Source of the DNA: a virus
Lineage: Duplodnaviria; Caudoviricetes
Virus record (IMG/VR): IMGVR_UViG_3300025087_000689
Reading direction: 5' to 3' (one strand)
DNA: 64,000 nt
The notes under the pieces: model-generated
Database searches by the model: none
Told to the model about the DNA's origin: nothing
What the model saw: the letters and a program-made list of their open reading frames with translations, nothing else
Position numbers and translations under genes: made by a program
Part shown: positions 40,301 through 48,936 of the stretch, piece after piece
Layout: every line of letters begins with the position of its first letter
Numbering within the stretch: position 1 is the stretch's first letter

Positions 40301-43300
40301 TTTGGTAATGGATCTATTTCCAACGGATACTAATTTTTCATCCAATAAGTACTTTTCATCTAATAAGTCAGGACATGCATTTATAACAAGTATAATTAAA
40401 TTAAATAATTTAATTATAACTGAAACGGCTGGTAATTTGATCTGGCCTAAAGGTTCTGTAAAAACTTCACTTGGTTTAGTTGAATCTCTACAATTTTATT
40501 TTGAAAGTATTGGTCATTTGGCGAATGCTTCCAAAAATCATGTCGCTACCCAAACTGTGGATAAAAATAGTGCTCTGTGGCGAGCACTTGGTGTTAGTGC
40601 TGGTGGCACAGCTTTAGTTGGAACAGTAGGTACTCTAATAGGTATAGGGCCTGTTGGATGGGGTATTTTGATGGGTGTTACAGCCATTGCTCTTGGTGGT
40701 GGTGCTATAGGTTATGTTTTTTCTGAAGATACATTATTAGCCATTAAAGATAAATTACCAGAGATTTTACCTGCCGCATTTAATATAACTGTTAATAATA
40801 GAATTATAGAATTAGCAAAAGAATTCTTATTAGATGATACGTCGCTTGATGTTTTTTCTTCTGACTTTGAAATTGGAAATGGAGTAATTTTACAGGATAG
40901 AATGAGATCTATAAGAGAAGATATTGCAACTTCTCTAAAAGGTTGTTATAATGATTTTGAAAGTCAGATACAATTAGCATCAAAGAAAACTGGAATATCT
41001 TCATCCTTTCTGGATCCTGCTTTTTATCTGTATTCGGACGATTTCATTACGGTCGATTTAATTAGAGAGTTACGTATTGATATTCAAAATCGACTAAGTA
41101 TGTTGGCTACAAGGGCCAATATTAATGCACTACAACTGGGGACAGTTGTAGCAGATAAATACTTTCCTAAAACAGGATCAAATAAATATAATGTCGAATT
41201 AGATAAATTGCTTATTCCGCTTCCAAAAGATAGTTTAATTACTCAACAAGACTTACAATGGGTGGTTGATGTTCGTAATAAAATTGTCCAAATTAATAAG
41301 AATGCTTTTGATGATGCCAATAAAGAAAATATTCAAAAATTAATGGGACTTCAAAATAATACAAAAGAATTTGAAGAAGTATTTCTTAATGATTATTGGC
41401 CAGAACGCGTTAAAGGTGAAAGAACATCAGTTGTAATGGAAGCTGCATTTGCCAGATTACAATTAATTAATTCTGCTTTAAGATTTGAAACTATTAAAAG
41501 TTCTCTTGATAAAGCAACCGAACAAGTTAGTAGAGGCAGATCATCCTTTAGAAAAGATATGGCGAGTCAGATACAATTAAGAGAATATAATAAACTCTTT
41601 AAAGATGTCGAATATCCAAAAGTTGTGGCACGTAACCCCACTATGACATGGTATGAAGCGATTATAGATGCAGGTGGAATAGGTAATCCATATATTGGTG
41701 CTACATCAGTCGATAAAGTTTTTTCTGAGATCAATGGTAAGAGTATGTATACTTACTTTACTAACGACGGCATGAGAGAATTACTTTATCAAATAGAAAC
41801 AATAGCTAAATGTAAGAAAGCAATGAATAATAATACATCTGCTGAATTAATGGCAGCTTACAATGCATTGGAAGCCGATCCTAGAATGCTTCAAAAACGA
41901 ATTGATCAAATACAAAGTTTACAAGATATCTTATTTAAAGCCACGCTAAATGATAATACTGGTAATCCAATTCGTATTTTTCCTACTTTTAAGATATATT
42001 TTATCGAAGAGGATGCACCCGAGTGGGGTATCTTTAATGACTTCTATGACTATAGTGCGGTTCAAGAGATTACCGTGGTCAAAGATAGAAAGTCTGCTTC
42101 AGATACATGTGTTATTAAATTATCGAATGTGGCTGGTAAATTAACTGATTCTTTTGCTGAAAATATACCAGAAATCGGGACAGACAATTTACCATTAACT
42201 TCTATGATGTTAAAACCAGGTATGTCCATACTTGTAAAAATGGGATATAGCAATAGTCAGGTAGAATTACCTGTTGTATTTTATGGTATTATAATTGAGG
42301 TTGCACCGGGACCTATTGTTGAGATTATATGCCAGGGTTATGGGGCTGAATTAAATGAGATTATTGCTCCTGGAGAAGGAGTACATCATGGTGTATTTGG
42401 AGATGTCAAAGCATTAGGCGATGTTGCAACCTGGGCTATTCAGCAAGCTACTGGTCTTAATCATTTTGGTAAATTAGGTTATACAAGTTTTGGTATTAAA
42501 GATACACTAAGATTGTCCGGCACCGCTACCACAGGATTACAAGGTCAGATGAAAATAGGTTCTTTTATAACGGGGTTGCCGGGTTTAAATATTAACGACC
42601 CAAGAGACGATAATATTTTCTTGTCTTATAATATTGGAAATATTAAGAAAGAAAAACAAATCACAGGATCTTTAAATTTAGCACTAGAATGGTTAATTTC
42701 AAAATGGGAATTATCAGGTAATCTTCATTTTGATTGGTATATCAGAGATCAAAGTATATGGGATGTGTTATCAGAACTAGTATACTTTAGTCCAGATTTT
42801 CTTAAGATAGTATTACCATATAATGATAATTTATTTCCATTTATACCTAAGATTCGAAATACGTTGTATGTAGGGCCTAGACGTGGTTACTATAAGTACA
42901 CTGATATGTTTTCTATGATATCCGTTGATAACAATATTGAATTTTCTAATGCTAATAAAGTGGCTGATATTTTATTTCGTATGGCTGAAGATATTACTTA
43001 TAACGATGAAATTCCACATACCGATATTATTGATAAACTGGTGGCCGATTTCAAATCATTGACTGATAATGACACCTTATTTAAAACAGCTATTTTCTAT
43101 TATTTCGGTATTGCTGAAACTGGTTCTACAACAGTACAGGCATTTAACGCACAAGAAATTGGTAAAAGAGATCAGATAATAAAACTGTCAAAAGCATTTA
43201 GAAAAGAATTTACTAATTATGAAACAATACTCACAGATTATAAGACAATACAAAAGGGTTCTAAGCTTGAACATATCAATCGAAATTTTGAAGAGAATTT

Positions 43301-44651
43301 AAAAAAGTTAGTTGTGAATAATATAGGTTTTAATGGCATCTATTATAATATATATGGTAATAATCATCAATATAAAAAAGTACAACAACATCATATAGCC
43401 ACTGCTTATACTAATATTCTAAATAATAATATAATAGCTTCTGCCGACGGGTGGGCTAATCAGATTAAATTAGTTTGTCCGGTAGATCCGACAAATGCAA
43501 ATGATATAAACGATGTTCCTATCGAAGATAAGGGAGAATTGGTAACAACTATATTTAATTTAGATGATAATATACTTGATGATCAGATTCGTTCAAAACA
43601 AATGTTTATAAATAATATCGATCCTAGTATGTGGGATGATTCCATATGGGCTAAAAAAATATTACAGGGAGAAGGAACTTGGTGTAATATCGATGGTGAA
43701 CAATATACTGGATTGGAACAAAATGGAGAACCTAAAGTTAAAGAGCGACAATCTACTAAAGATGAGGATGTACAATATAGATTAAGCAGAAATGCATGGG
43801 AGTTATTACCATCAAGGTGGAGAGTAGGTATTAGTATTTTAGCTGAAGAAGCTAGAGATATGTATAATGGCGAATTAACTATTATTGGTGATAGCACTAT
43901 TAGACCATATGATGTTATTCATTTGATCGACTATGTTAATGACATGCATGGTTCATTTGAAGTCGGAAGGGTAATTCATTCTCTATCACCTCAGACTGGA
44001 TTTATTACTAGAATCAAACCCGATCTCATAGTTAATCAAAAGAATAAATTTAATACAGATGAATTATATGTGGCGTCAAATCTTATGTCTCAATCTTATA
44101 GTAGATCTATATTGATTGGTGTTGGTACTGTCGCTGGAATGGGATTAACTAGTTTGAGTGTATTTAATTTAGTGAATTCTGCTGTTAAATCTAGTGCCTT
44201 ACTTGCTGGAGTTTCCTCTACTTTAGGTATACTTGGGATTACAGCTGGTGTCGGATTAGTTGCGTTTGCTGGTTATAAAGCTATTAAATATCATCATGAG
44301 CGTATTATAATGATCATGAATAATATTATAGGTAGAGATTCATTAGAAATTTTACCTTTAACGTATCGTAATATTCCCTATGTTGCTGGTATTGAAGGAT
44401 ACAAGAAGGATAGTTATTTACGCCATATGATAAGTTCTTCTTTAGATGAAACTGGTAAGTATAGTGTTTTTGAAAGAATGGGATATATGAACGCTCCACT
44501 AGAGTTTGAATTTTATAGAAATGTGGTTGGTGATAGTCCAGTATGGTCATGGATACAGACAAATATATTGTCTAATAAAGAAGGCGTTAGTGGTCTAGAT
44601 AGCTTTGTGGCGGCTAAACGTGCGTTCTTTAATTTAGGAGAAACGAGATAA
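37356..44651 (+). CDS. Giant baseplate hub protein (gp27-like C-terminus) with N-terminal M15-like peptidase domain
   Basis: C-terminal LKPGMSILVKMGYSN...VEIICQGYGAEL and MYNGELTIIGDSTIRPYD...FEVGRVIHSLSPQTGFITRIKPD are hub-like. N-terminal ITS..R, CAVDIR and HIH motifs. Confidence 0.7.
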   Translation: MGKPTFENKSHDDEKSFAKMRKYEPLKDLVDVIDLLSKKYNIHITSLGRGFKPGFTTTTSVATALGLKDPLISIVNKFFNRTDVSENEFIYKKVIWESSDPINDHNFVKYSPHFWIPDQPFGCAVDIRSKNFTESQIQSIVNIIKAQNKELYVLVHSIKGNYPHIHLQHDGVYKAGLNTMKDLVDEACGYTKIRKTYSALNPAKLVKRDPDYVDTFKKLDNAICDGFTAADIAETLDIANQKPNLKDKKDTRTILPSDIDNNGLMEVLRIGDINFSVCPVTQISYSQSMQYVRFSTLRTVGDPKIANDTVPNNVTLNIIFPNADAINNQMRSLIAQFMVTPITIVQNRFITRTLKPLIINHKGETEANPLLSPEDESIWMIMTDLNVRSIPNFPEAFEVYITLEMFEDRVFGNKLKFLVDYKDLQEKYRRKQEIFGHQYIIPSEKTMLKSAADFKPGIINVTSDPNNSELYKNFYQSVANTFELYYPEQDTKTGGKLTVLYNSYNYSRENIRKVKKTMEEEYNQSLLETQDIIKELQPGEIKWFAGKGLNVIKPDVIQLINKTGRTTIDLLELTISNFESVKSLHNFRYSVMDPIFRFRQLSKDASIYVNRIGDELGLTSWDKQQVLKIFNSALGRIGTLEKYSTGLASAFKTDANGNPLSNQLTNPTPAQDIGRTDGLIGGLEALIGEMLFTVEGGKNEALSKRAAKINTALKKITELCLGDINEEKPGSNLDQDGLPTFIARYSSVDLIDGKDSISTGVSFSISNKVIPQQVIGWKQPTFQHLGRSDWSINMNIICKNDEAIRNIMFILNKMGVLSKQIQFTSPAKFINLDTTLHIQEGDPIFGVLGINSFVLNTVEVSSIPGQPGEYQINLGLEQADLSIHTAEKIEESSAKQKNKESSQLILKDILPVLKAIVINKDRKDYGQILDFEKIKDAIDNPNLNEYWKAYGVDSYDYMDKYNFYKLMLGTKKVTDPDKDWDLLVMDLFPTDTNFSSNKYFSSNKSGHAFITSIIKLNNLIITETAGNLIWPKGSVKTSLGLVESLQFYFESIGHLANASKNHVATQTVDKNSALWRALGVSAGGTALVGTVGTLIGIGPVGWGILMGVTAIALGGGAIGYVFSEDTLLAIKDKLPEILPAAFNITVNNRIIELAKEFLLDDTSLDVFSSDFEIGNGVILQDRMRSIREDIATSLKGCYNDFESQIQLASKKTGISSSFLDPAFYLYSDDFITVDLIRELRIDIQNRLSMLATRANINALQLGTVVADKYFPKTGSNKYNVELDKLLIPLPKDSLITQQDLQWVVDVRNKIVQINKNAFDDANKENIQKLMGLQNNTKEFEEVFLNDYWPERVKGERTSVVMEAAFARLQLINSALRFETIKSSLDKATEQVSRGRSSFRKDMASQIQLREYNKLFKDVEYPKVVARNPTMTWYEAIIDAGGIGNPYIGATSVDKVFSEINGKSMYTYFTNDGMRELLYQIETIAKCKKAMNNNTSAELMAAYNALEADPRMLQKRIDQIQSLQDILFKATLNDNTGNPIRIFPTFKIYFIEEDAPEWGIFNDFYDYSAVQEITVVKDRKSASDTCVIKLSNVAGKLTDSFAENIPEIGTDNLPLTSMMLKPGMSILVKMGYSNSQVELPVVFYGIIIEVAPGPIVEIICQGYGAELNEIIAPGEGVHHGVFGDVKALGDVATWAIQQATGLNHFGKLGYTSFGIKDTLRLSGTATTGLQGQMKIGSFITGLPGLNINDPRDDNIFLSYNIGNIKKEKQITGSLNLALEWLISKWELSGNLHFDWYIRDQSIWDVLSELVYFSPDFLKIVLPYNDNLFPFIPKIRNTLYVGPRRGYYKYTDMFSMISVDNNIEFSNANKVADILFRMAEDITYNDEIPHTDIIDKLVADFKSLTDNDTLFKTAIFYYFGIAETGSTTVQAFNAQEIGKRDQIIKLSKAFRKEFTNYETILTDYKTIQKGSKLEHINRNFEENLKKLVVNNIGFNGIYYNIYGNNHQYKKVQQHHIATAYTNILNNNIIASADGWANQIKLVCPVDPTNANDINDVPIEDKGELVTTIFNLDDNILDDQIRSKQMFINNIDPSMWDDSIWAKKILQGEGTWCNIDGEQYTGLEQNGEPKVKERQSTKDEDVQYRLSRNAWELLPSRWRVGISILAEEARDMYNGELTIIGDSTIRPYDVIHLIDYVNDMHGSFEVGRVIHSLSPQTGFITRIKPDLIVNQKNKFNTDELYVASNLMSQSYSRSILIGVGTVAGMGLTSLSVFNLVNSAVKSSALLAGVSSTLGILGITAGVGLVAFAGYKAIKYHHERIIMIMNNIIGRDSLEILPLTYRNIPYVAGIEGYKKDSYLRHMISSSLDETGKYSVFERMGYMNAPLEFEFYRNVVGDSPVWSWIQTNILSNKEGVSGLDSFVAAKRAFFNLGETR

Positions 44652-44652
44652 A

Positions 44653-45546
44653 ATGGAAACTAATATTTTTAGAACCACCCTATTTAAAGATATTATCGGA
44701 GTCAAGGTAGATAGTGGTTATATAAGAGTCAGTGATAAAGGCGTATTATATGACTTAAAATGCTCTAATAAAATGAAACTTCCTCAAGTAGAAAAAGAAC
44801 CAGGTAAATATTTTGTTTTAGTTGGCGAATCCATATCAGAGCTAAGTAGAGCTAGAGTTAGACAAGATAGCAATACTAAAGATTTTCCACCTGTTGGAGA
44901 ACAAAGTGTTGGTGAGGTTTATTGTGAAGTCATGGATACTGGTATATCGACTCCACCTGTTACGCGTAGTGCTGGTGAAATATTTAGTAATCCAACAGCT
45001 ATAGATAGTGTGCCAATTGCATATATAACAGCCTCACAGATTTCTAAGAATGATCCTAATTATGATTCTGGAAATAAAGAAGAATCTATGGCTAGGGCCG
45101 TTCAAGTTCCTGCGATTACAGGTGGTCCATCTACTGGAATTGGAATGAGAGTTGGCACCCATAGTGTTGGTGTTTCACAAAAAGCTGGAATGGTATCTAA
45201 TACTGATTCGATGACACATAGTACACAAGAAACCAATCATGGTGCTGGTATGTTCACAACCAGTTATAATTTTCTGCAGCATTATTTTATTCATTTGGCT
45301 GGTGCCGTTTCTCTTCCAATGAATCACATGGTTAATCTGGCAAAAATGTTGGCTATTGGCAAATTTGTTAAAGGTGTCGTTGGTAGTAAAGGTAAGAGAG
45401 TGGATGACGGGAGTGGCACAACTAAATGGCAGAATGGTACTGGTATCTATGGTCTTGCAGATGAGATTGGAGAAACTAGCGGTATTCATTCTCCAGGTGA
45501 AGGTACTATTATTGGAAAAATTAGGAGAGATCTTAATAATCTCTAG
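44653..45546 (+). CDS. Hypothetical baseplate protein (central-spike position)
   Basis: 297-aa ORF between hub and gp25-like gene. Assignment is by synteny only. Confidence 0.45.
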   Translation: METNIFRTTLFKDIIGVKVDSGYIRVSDKGVLYDLKCSNKMKLPQVEKEPGKYFVLVGESISELSRARVRQDSNTKDFPPVGEQSVGEVYCEVMDTGISTPPVTRSAGEIFSNPTAIDSVPIAYITASQISKNDPNYDSGNKEESMARAVQVPAITGGPSTGIGMRVGTHSVGVSQKAGMVSNTDSMTHSTQETNHGAGMFTTSYNFLQHYFIHLAGAVSLPMNHMVNLAKMLAIGKFVKGVVGSKGKRVDDGSGTTKWQNGTGIYGLADEIGETSGIHSPGEGTIIGKIRRDLNNL

Positions 45547-45556
45547 GAGGTTTTAT

Positions 45557-46030
45557 ATGTCTTTATTTAGTGGTCTTTCAGATATAGCTACGTCCTCGGA
45601 TGGAGATATGCTTGTTGAGGGTTCGGATTTAAAAAAAGTTAATGGTATTGATTGGTTCATTCAAGAGGTAAATAAGATTCTTAGATCTGCGAATGACTGG
45701 TTCTTTGCTCCTAATGCGGGTGCAGCGTTAGATAGATTCTATGGTTCAAATAATACTAGAGAGATAGCAACTGAAATACAAGATATCATTAAAAGTAAGA
45801 TTGAAAGACAAGGTATTAGTTTTCCGGCTACTCTTAATGTGAGAGTAGTCCCTCTATCTCGAGATGAGATAAAGGTTTATATTAACTTAAATTTTAATAA
45901 CGAAAATATTAACATATCGAAATTAATCTTTGATTTGCAGAAAGGTTCTATAAAAGAGACAGAAGAGATTGAAAAACAACAGTCTACAAAGACTCCTAAT
46001 AAACATCCATATGCTGGTAAGTTTCTCTAA
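45557..46030 (+). CDS. Baseplate wedge protein, gp25/GPW-like (157 aa)
   Basis: ATG 45557 with AGGAGG SD (listed ORF start 45356 overlaps the previous gene). DI...GDL...G.D...Q....L......W...P..GA.L..F.G pattern. Confidence 0.75.
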   Translation: MSLFSGLSDIATSSDGDMLVEGSDLKKVNGIDWFIQEVNKILRSANDWFFAPNAGAALDRFYGSNNTREIATEIQDIIKSKIERQGISFPATLNVRVVPLSRDEIKVYINLNFNNENINISKLIFDLQKGSIKETEEIEKQQSTKTPNKHPYAGKFL

Positions 46031-46034
46031 ATCA

Positions 46035-46063
46035 TTGAATTATACTAGAAAATACAATATAAT
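46035..46063 (+). promoter_or_regulatory. sigma70-like promoter with TATACTAGAAAAT spacer
   Basis: TTGAAT-N17-TATAAT upstream of the baseplate J gene. Confidence 0.7.
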
Positions 46064-46087
46064 ATATAGTGAAAGTAAGGATTTAAA

Positions 46088-47365
46088 ATGTCTATAACCC
46101 AAATTTCTCGCTCTCAGTTTGATATACTACGTGACGCTAGGGAAAACTTAGTACAAAATGTAGGCGTCAGTGCTGATAATGAAACATCTACATCGTTGAA
46201 TTTGCTTAAATCTATGTCAAAAGAAGTGGCTTCGATGTGGGATCGTATGAATACACTATTACGTATGGGTTTCATTACGACAGCTTTCGGTGAAGGTCTA
46301 GACGAGATAGGTGTATTTTTACAAGAACCAAGAGCTGGTTTTAAAAGATCAATGGATCTTAGTACAACTAACCTTAAATTTTATCTTGATGAATCATATG
46401 CTAGAGACATAACTGACTTACTTAATAGGTATTTAACTATCAGGGATCGTAATGAGTTACTTGAACAGGGTGTAATAGATAGTGCAACTAATCCATCATT
46501 GATTAATATTCCCGCGAACTTACTGGTAACTAATAATGATGGTACTATTTCATATACTGTCATGAATTCTATGACTTTATCTAATACACAAACATCTGAT
46601 TTTAGTCCTCTTATAGCTACAGGCACTGGTTCTAGTTTTAATGCAGCTCCTGGAACATTAGTTAGACATAATCTAACTTCTATCTATCCTATCTTATCGA
46701 AGGTAAAAGAAGCTATTAAAGTAAAAAATCTTTATGGTATTCGAAATGGTGGTGATATAGAGGGCGATGAAAACTATAGATTTAGACTTTCGAATAAAGT
46801 AGTAGCCGCTGTATCTGGTAATAACGCATCCATTCGCCAAGCTGTTTTATCGGTTCCTGGTGTAGTCGATATGGCTCTCATCCCTCGTACTCATGGTAAT
46901 GGAACATTTACCATCTTTCCTAGGACCTCCGATCCTATTCTGTCAGATGGCGTCATGACTGCGGTTGAAGCAAGTGTGCAGAGTGTTATAGCTGGTGGAA
47001 CTATTGTATATGTAGATGCACCAGATTATCTTGCTGTAGCAATGAGACTAGAACTTCGATTCTTACCTGGGGCCGATAAGAATGCTCTTTTTGCTAATGC
47101 TAGACTTGCGGTTATGGATTATATTAACAATCTAGATTTGGGCGGAGAGATAGTTATTAATGAAATCATCCAGATTGTTATGTCTTTAGATGATAAGATT
47201 ATGGATATGAGTATTCCTCAATTTGGATTTGGTTTTCTCGATAGAGTAACAGGTGCTATTACTTCGTATACTCCACTTAGATTAATGAATCAGGTGGCCG
47301 ACTACAATCAAAAATGGTACACTAATAGTAGCCTCTGTTCCATTTGTCAAGCAGGAACTAGATAA
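46088..47365 (+). CDS. Baseplate J-like wedge protein
   Basis: TAFGEGLDEIG, GGDIEGDENYRFRL and AVLSVPGVVD...HGNGTFTIF are Baseplate_J signatures. Confidence 0.85.
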   Translation: MSITQISRSQFDILRDARENLVQNVGVSADNETSTSLNLLKSMSKEVASMWDRMNTLLRMGFITTAFGEGLDEIGVFLQEPRAGFKRSMDLSTTNLKFYLDESYARDITDLLNRYLTIRDRNELLEQGVIDSATNPSLINIPANLLVTNNDGTISYTVMNSMTLSNTQTSDFSPLIATGTGSSFNAAPGTLVRHNLTSIYPILSKVKEAIKVKNLYGIRNGGDIEGDENYRFRLSNKVVAAVSGNNASIRQAVLSVPGVVDMALIPRTHGNGTFTIFPRTSDPILSDGVMTAVEASVQSVIAGGTIVYVDAPDYLAVAMRLELRFLPGADKNALFANARLAVMDYINNLDLGGEIVINEIIQIVMSLDDKIMDMSIPQFGFGFLDRVTGAITSYTPLRLMNQVADYNQKWYTNSSLCSICQAGTR

Positions 47366-48936
47366 TGCTTCCATCAAGAAGAGCCTTCCATCCTACGATG
47401 TATGCAGCTGGAATCCTATCTAGATTTCCAGCGTGGATGAAACTACATAATAAAGACTCAGTAGGATATAGATTCACTGATGCTATTCTTGGTAATGAAC
47501 TAGAGTTATTCGCCAATACACTACAGATATATAAAGACTATACTTCAATAGTTAGATCACCCATAGATACATTAGAATATCTATCCCAGATAGAGTTACC
47601 TTACTTTCTTAAAGAGAGTACTATTTATACAACAGAAGATATTCCTATTTACGTAGTTCAAAACGAAATGGAGTTTCTTAATAATATACCTACCAGAATT
47701 GCGAACACTTTAAGTAGAATTTCTCCATCTGGTTTAGATGGAGCTAATATAGTTGGATTAGAGTGGCTTGATGGATTTCCAAGTGGTGTTCTTGCGATCA
47801 AAAGAGATGTGGATGATATTACACCTAGTTCTCTTTTATATTATGATATCATTAGTAAAACAAATAGTATTTCTCTAACACCGTCGTCTGGTATTATATT
47901 GGGTGTAGGTTATGTTGGACTTGGTCAAAATGCTTCATGGGATGAAGCGATACCAGAATCAACACAATCATTGAGAAGTAAATATCCAATTAATTCATGG
48001 ATTACTATTAGTGGTGATGTTAGTAGTACTATGCCATCTGGAGTTACTTGGGATAAACAAAGTTTTATATATCCAGAAACTGACATCAAAACATATTTTC
48101 AGAGGTTATTAAATAACCCATATGGGTCAGGAGTATACGATCAGGCTGATATCGAACTAGTATTTGCTCCTATACCTGGAACGATTAAAGTATATGATGT
48201 CTTTAACACTACTGTCTCGGGAACAGCAACTCAAGAACGTACGCCAACTCTTATACCTTCTTCTGGATGGAATGTATATCAATTCACATCTGGTTATTAT
48301 GCTGAAAATGACTATGGTGAATTAGAGTTCAGACAGCATCCGTGGACTTATAAAGGATACGATAATCCCATTCCATGGGAAATAACACCAAAAGATATAC
48401 AAGATGAAATAATTGCAAGGGAAGGTTCTGGAGTCCCAATTGTACCAACTCTAATCGGTAATGTCTCTTGGAGATTACTACCGTCTGGTGGATATGTTGA
48501 TGATGAAGTTTTTCCACATAGTGGTACTTTTAATTGGATTGATGGTACTAGTGGTAGTGGTAATATAATTCGTTTTAGTGGTCATTTCTCCAAATATGAA
48601 GTTCATTATCAATATCGATTATATGAAAATATAACTCAAATATCAGCTGATCCAAAAGAATCATATAAACCAGCCACTCCAAGCGGAGGACCTTTATACT
48701 TTATAACTAATACAGATTTCTTTCAAAATATTCATATTGAGACCAGTTTATCTGATGCTAATGCAATTCGCATTGATCCATACTCAGTTAGACCAGGAGT
48801 TACATTATATTATACTCTAAGAATGAATACTAAATTTGAAGATATATGGGACGACGCAAGAACAACAGATAAGACTGTGCAATTCTATAAACATAATATA
48901 GGTTATACAGATAATCTAGGATTACGTAATGGCTAA
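47365..48936 (+). CDS. Putative baseplate protein
   Basis: 523 aa, TAATG-coupled to baseplate J, SG-rich. Confidence 0.55.
   Translation: MLPSRRAFHPTMYAAGILSRFPAWMKLHNKDSVGYRFTDAILGNELELFANTLQIYKDYTSIVRSPIDTLEYLSQIELPYFLKESTIYTTEDIPIYVVQNEMEFLNNIPTRIANTLSRISPSGLDGANIVGLEWLDGFPSGVLAIKRDVDDITPSSLLYYDIISKTNSISLTPSSGIILGVGYVGLGQNASWDEAIPESTQSLRSKYPINSWITISGDVSSTMPSGVTWDKQSFIYPETDIKTYFQRLLNNPYGSGVYDQADIELVFAPIPGTIKVYDVFNTTVSGTATQERTPTLIPSSGWNVYQFTSGYYAENDYGELEFRQHPWTYKGYDNPIPWEITPKDIQDEIIAREGSGVPIVPTLIGNVSWRLLPSGGYVDDEVFPHSGTFNWIDGTSGSGNIIRFSGHFSKYEVHYQYRLYENITQISADPKESYKPATPSGGPLYFITNTDFFQNIHIETSLSDANAIRIDPYSVRPGVTLYYTLRMNTKFEDIWDDARTTDKTVQFYKHNIGYTDNLGLRNG

Noticed and set aside
45356-45556. 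N-terminal extension of the gp25-like ORF given by the ORF track
   Set aside because: Overlaps the previous gene by 191 nt. The ATG at 45557 has a perfect AGGAGG SD.
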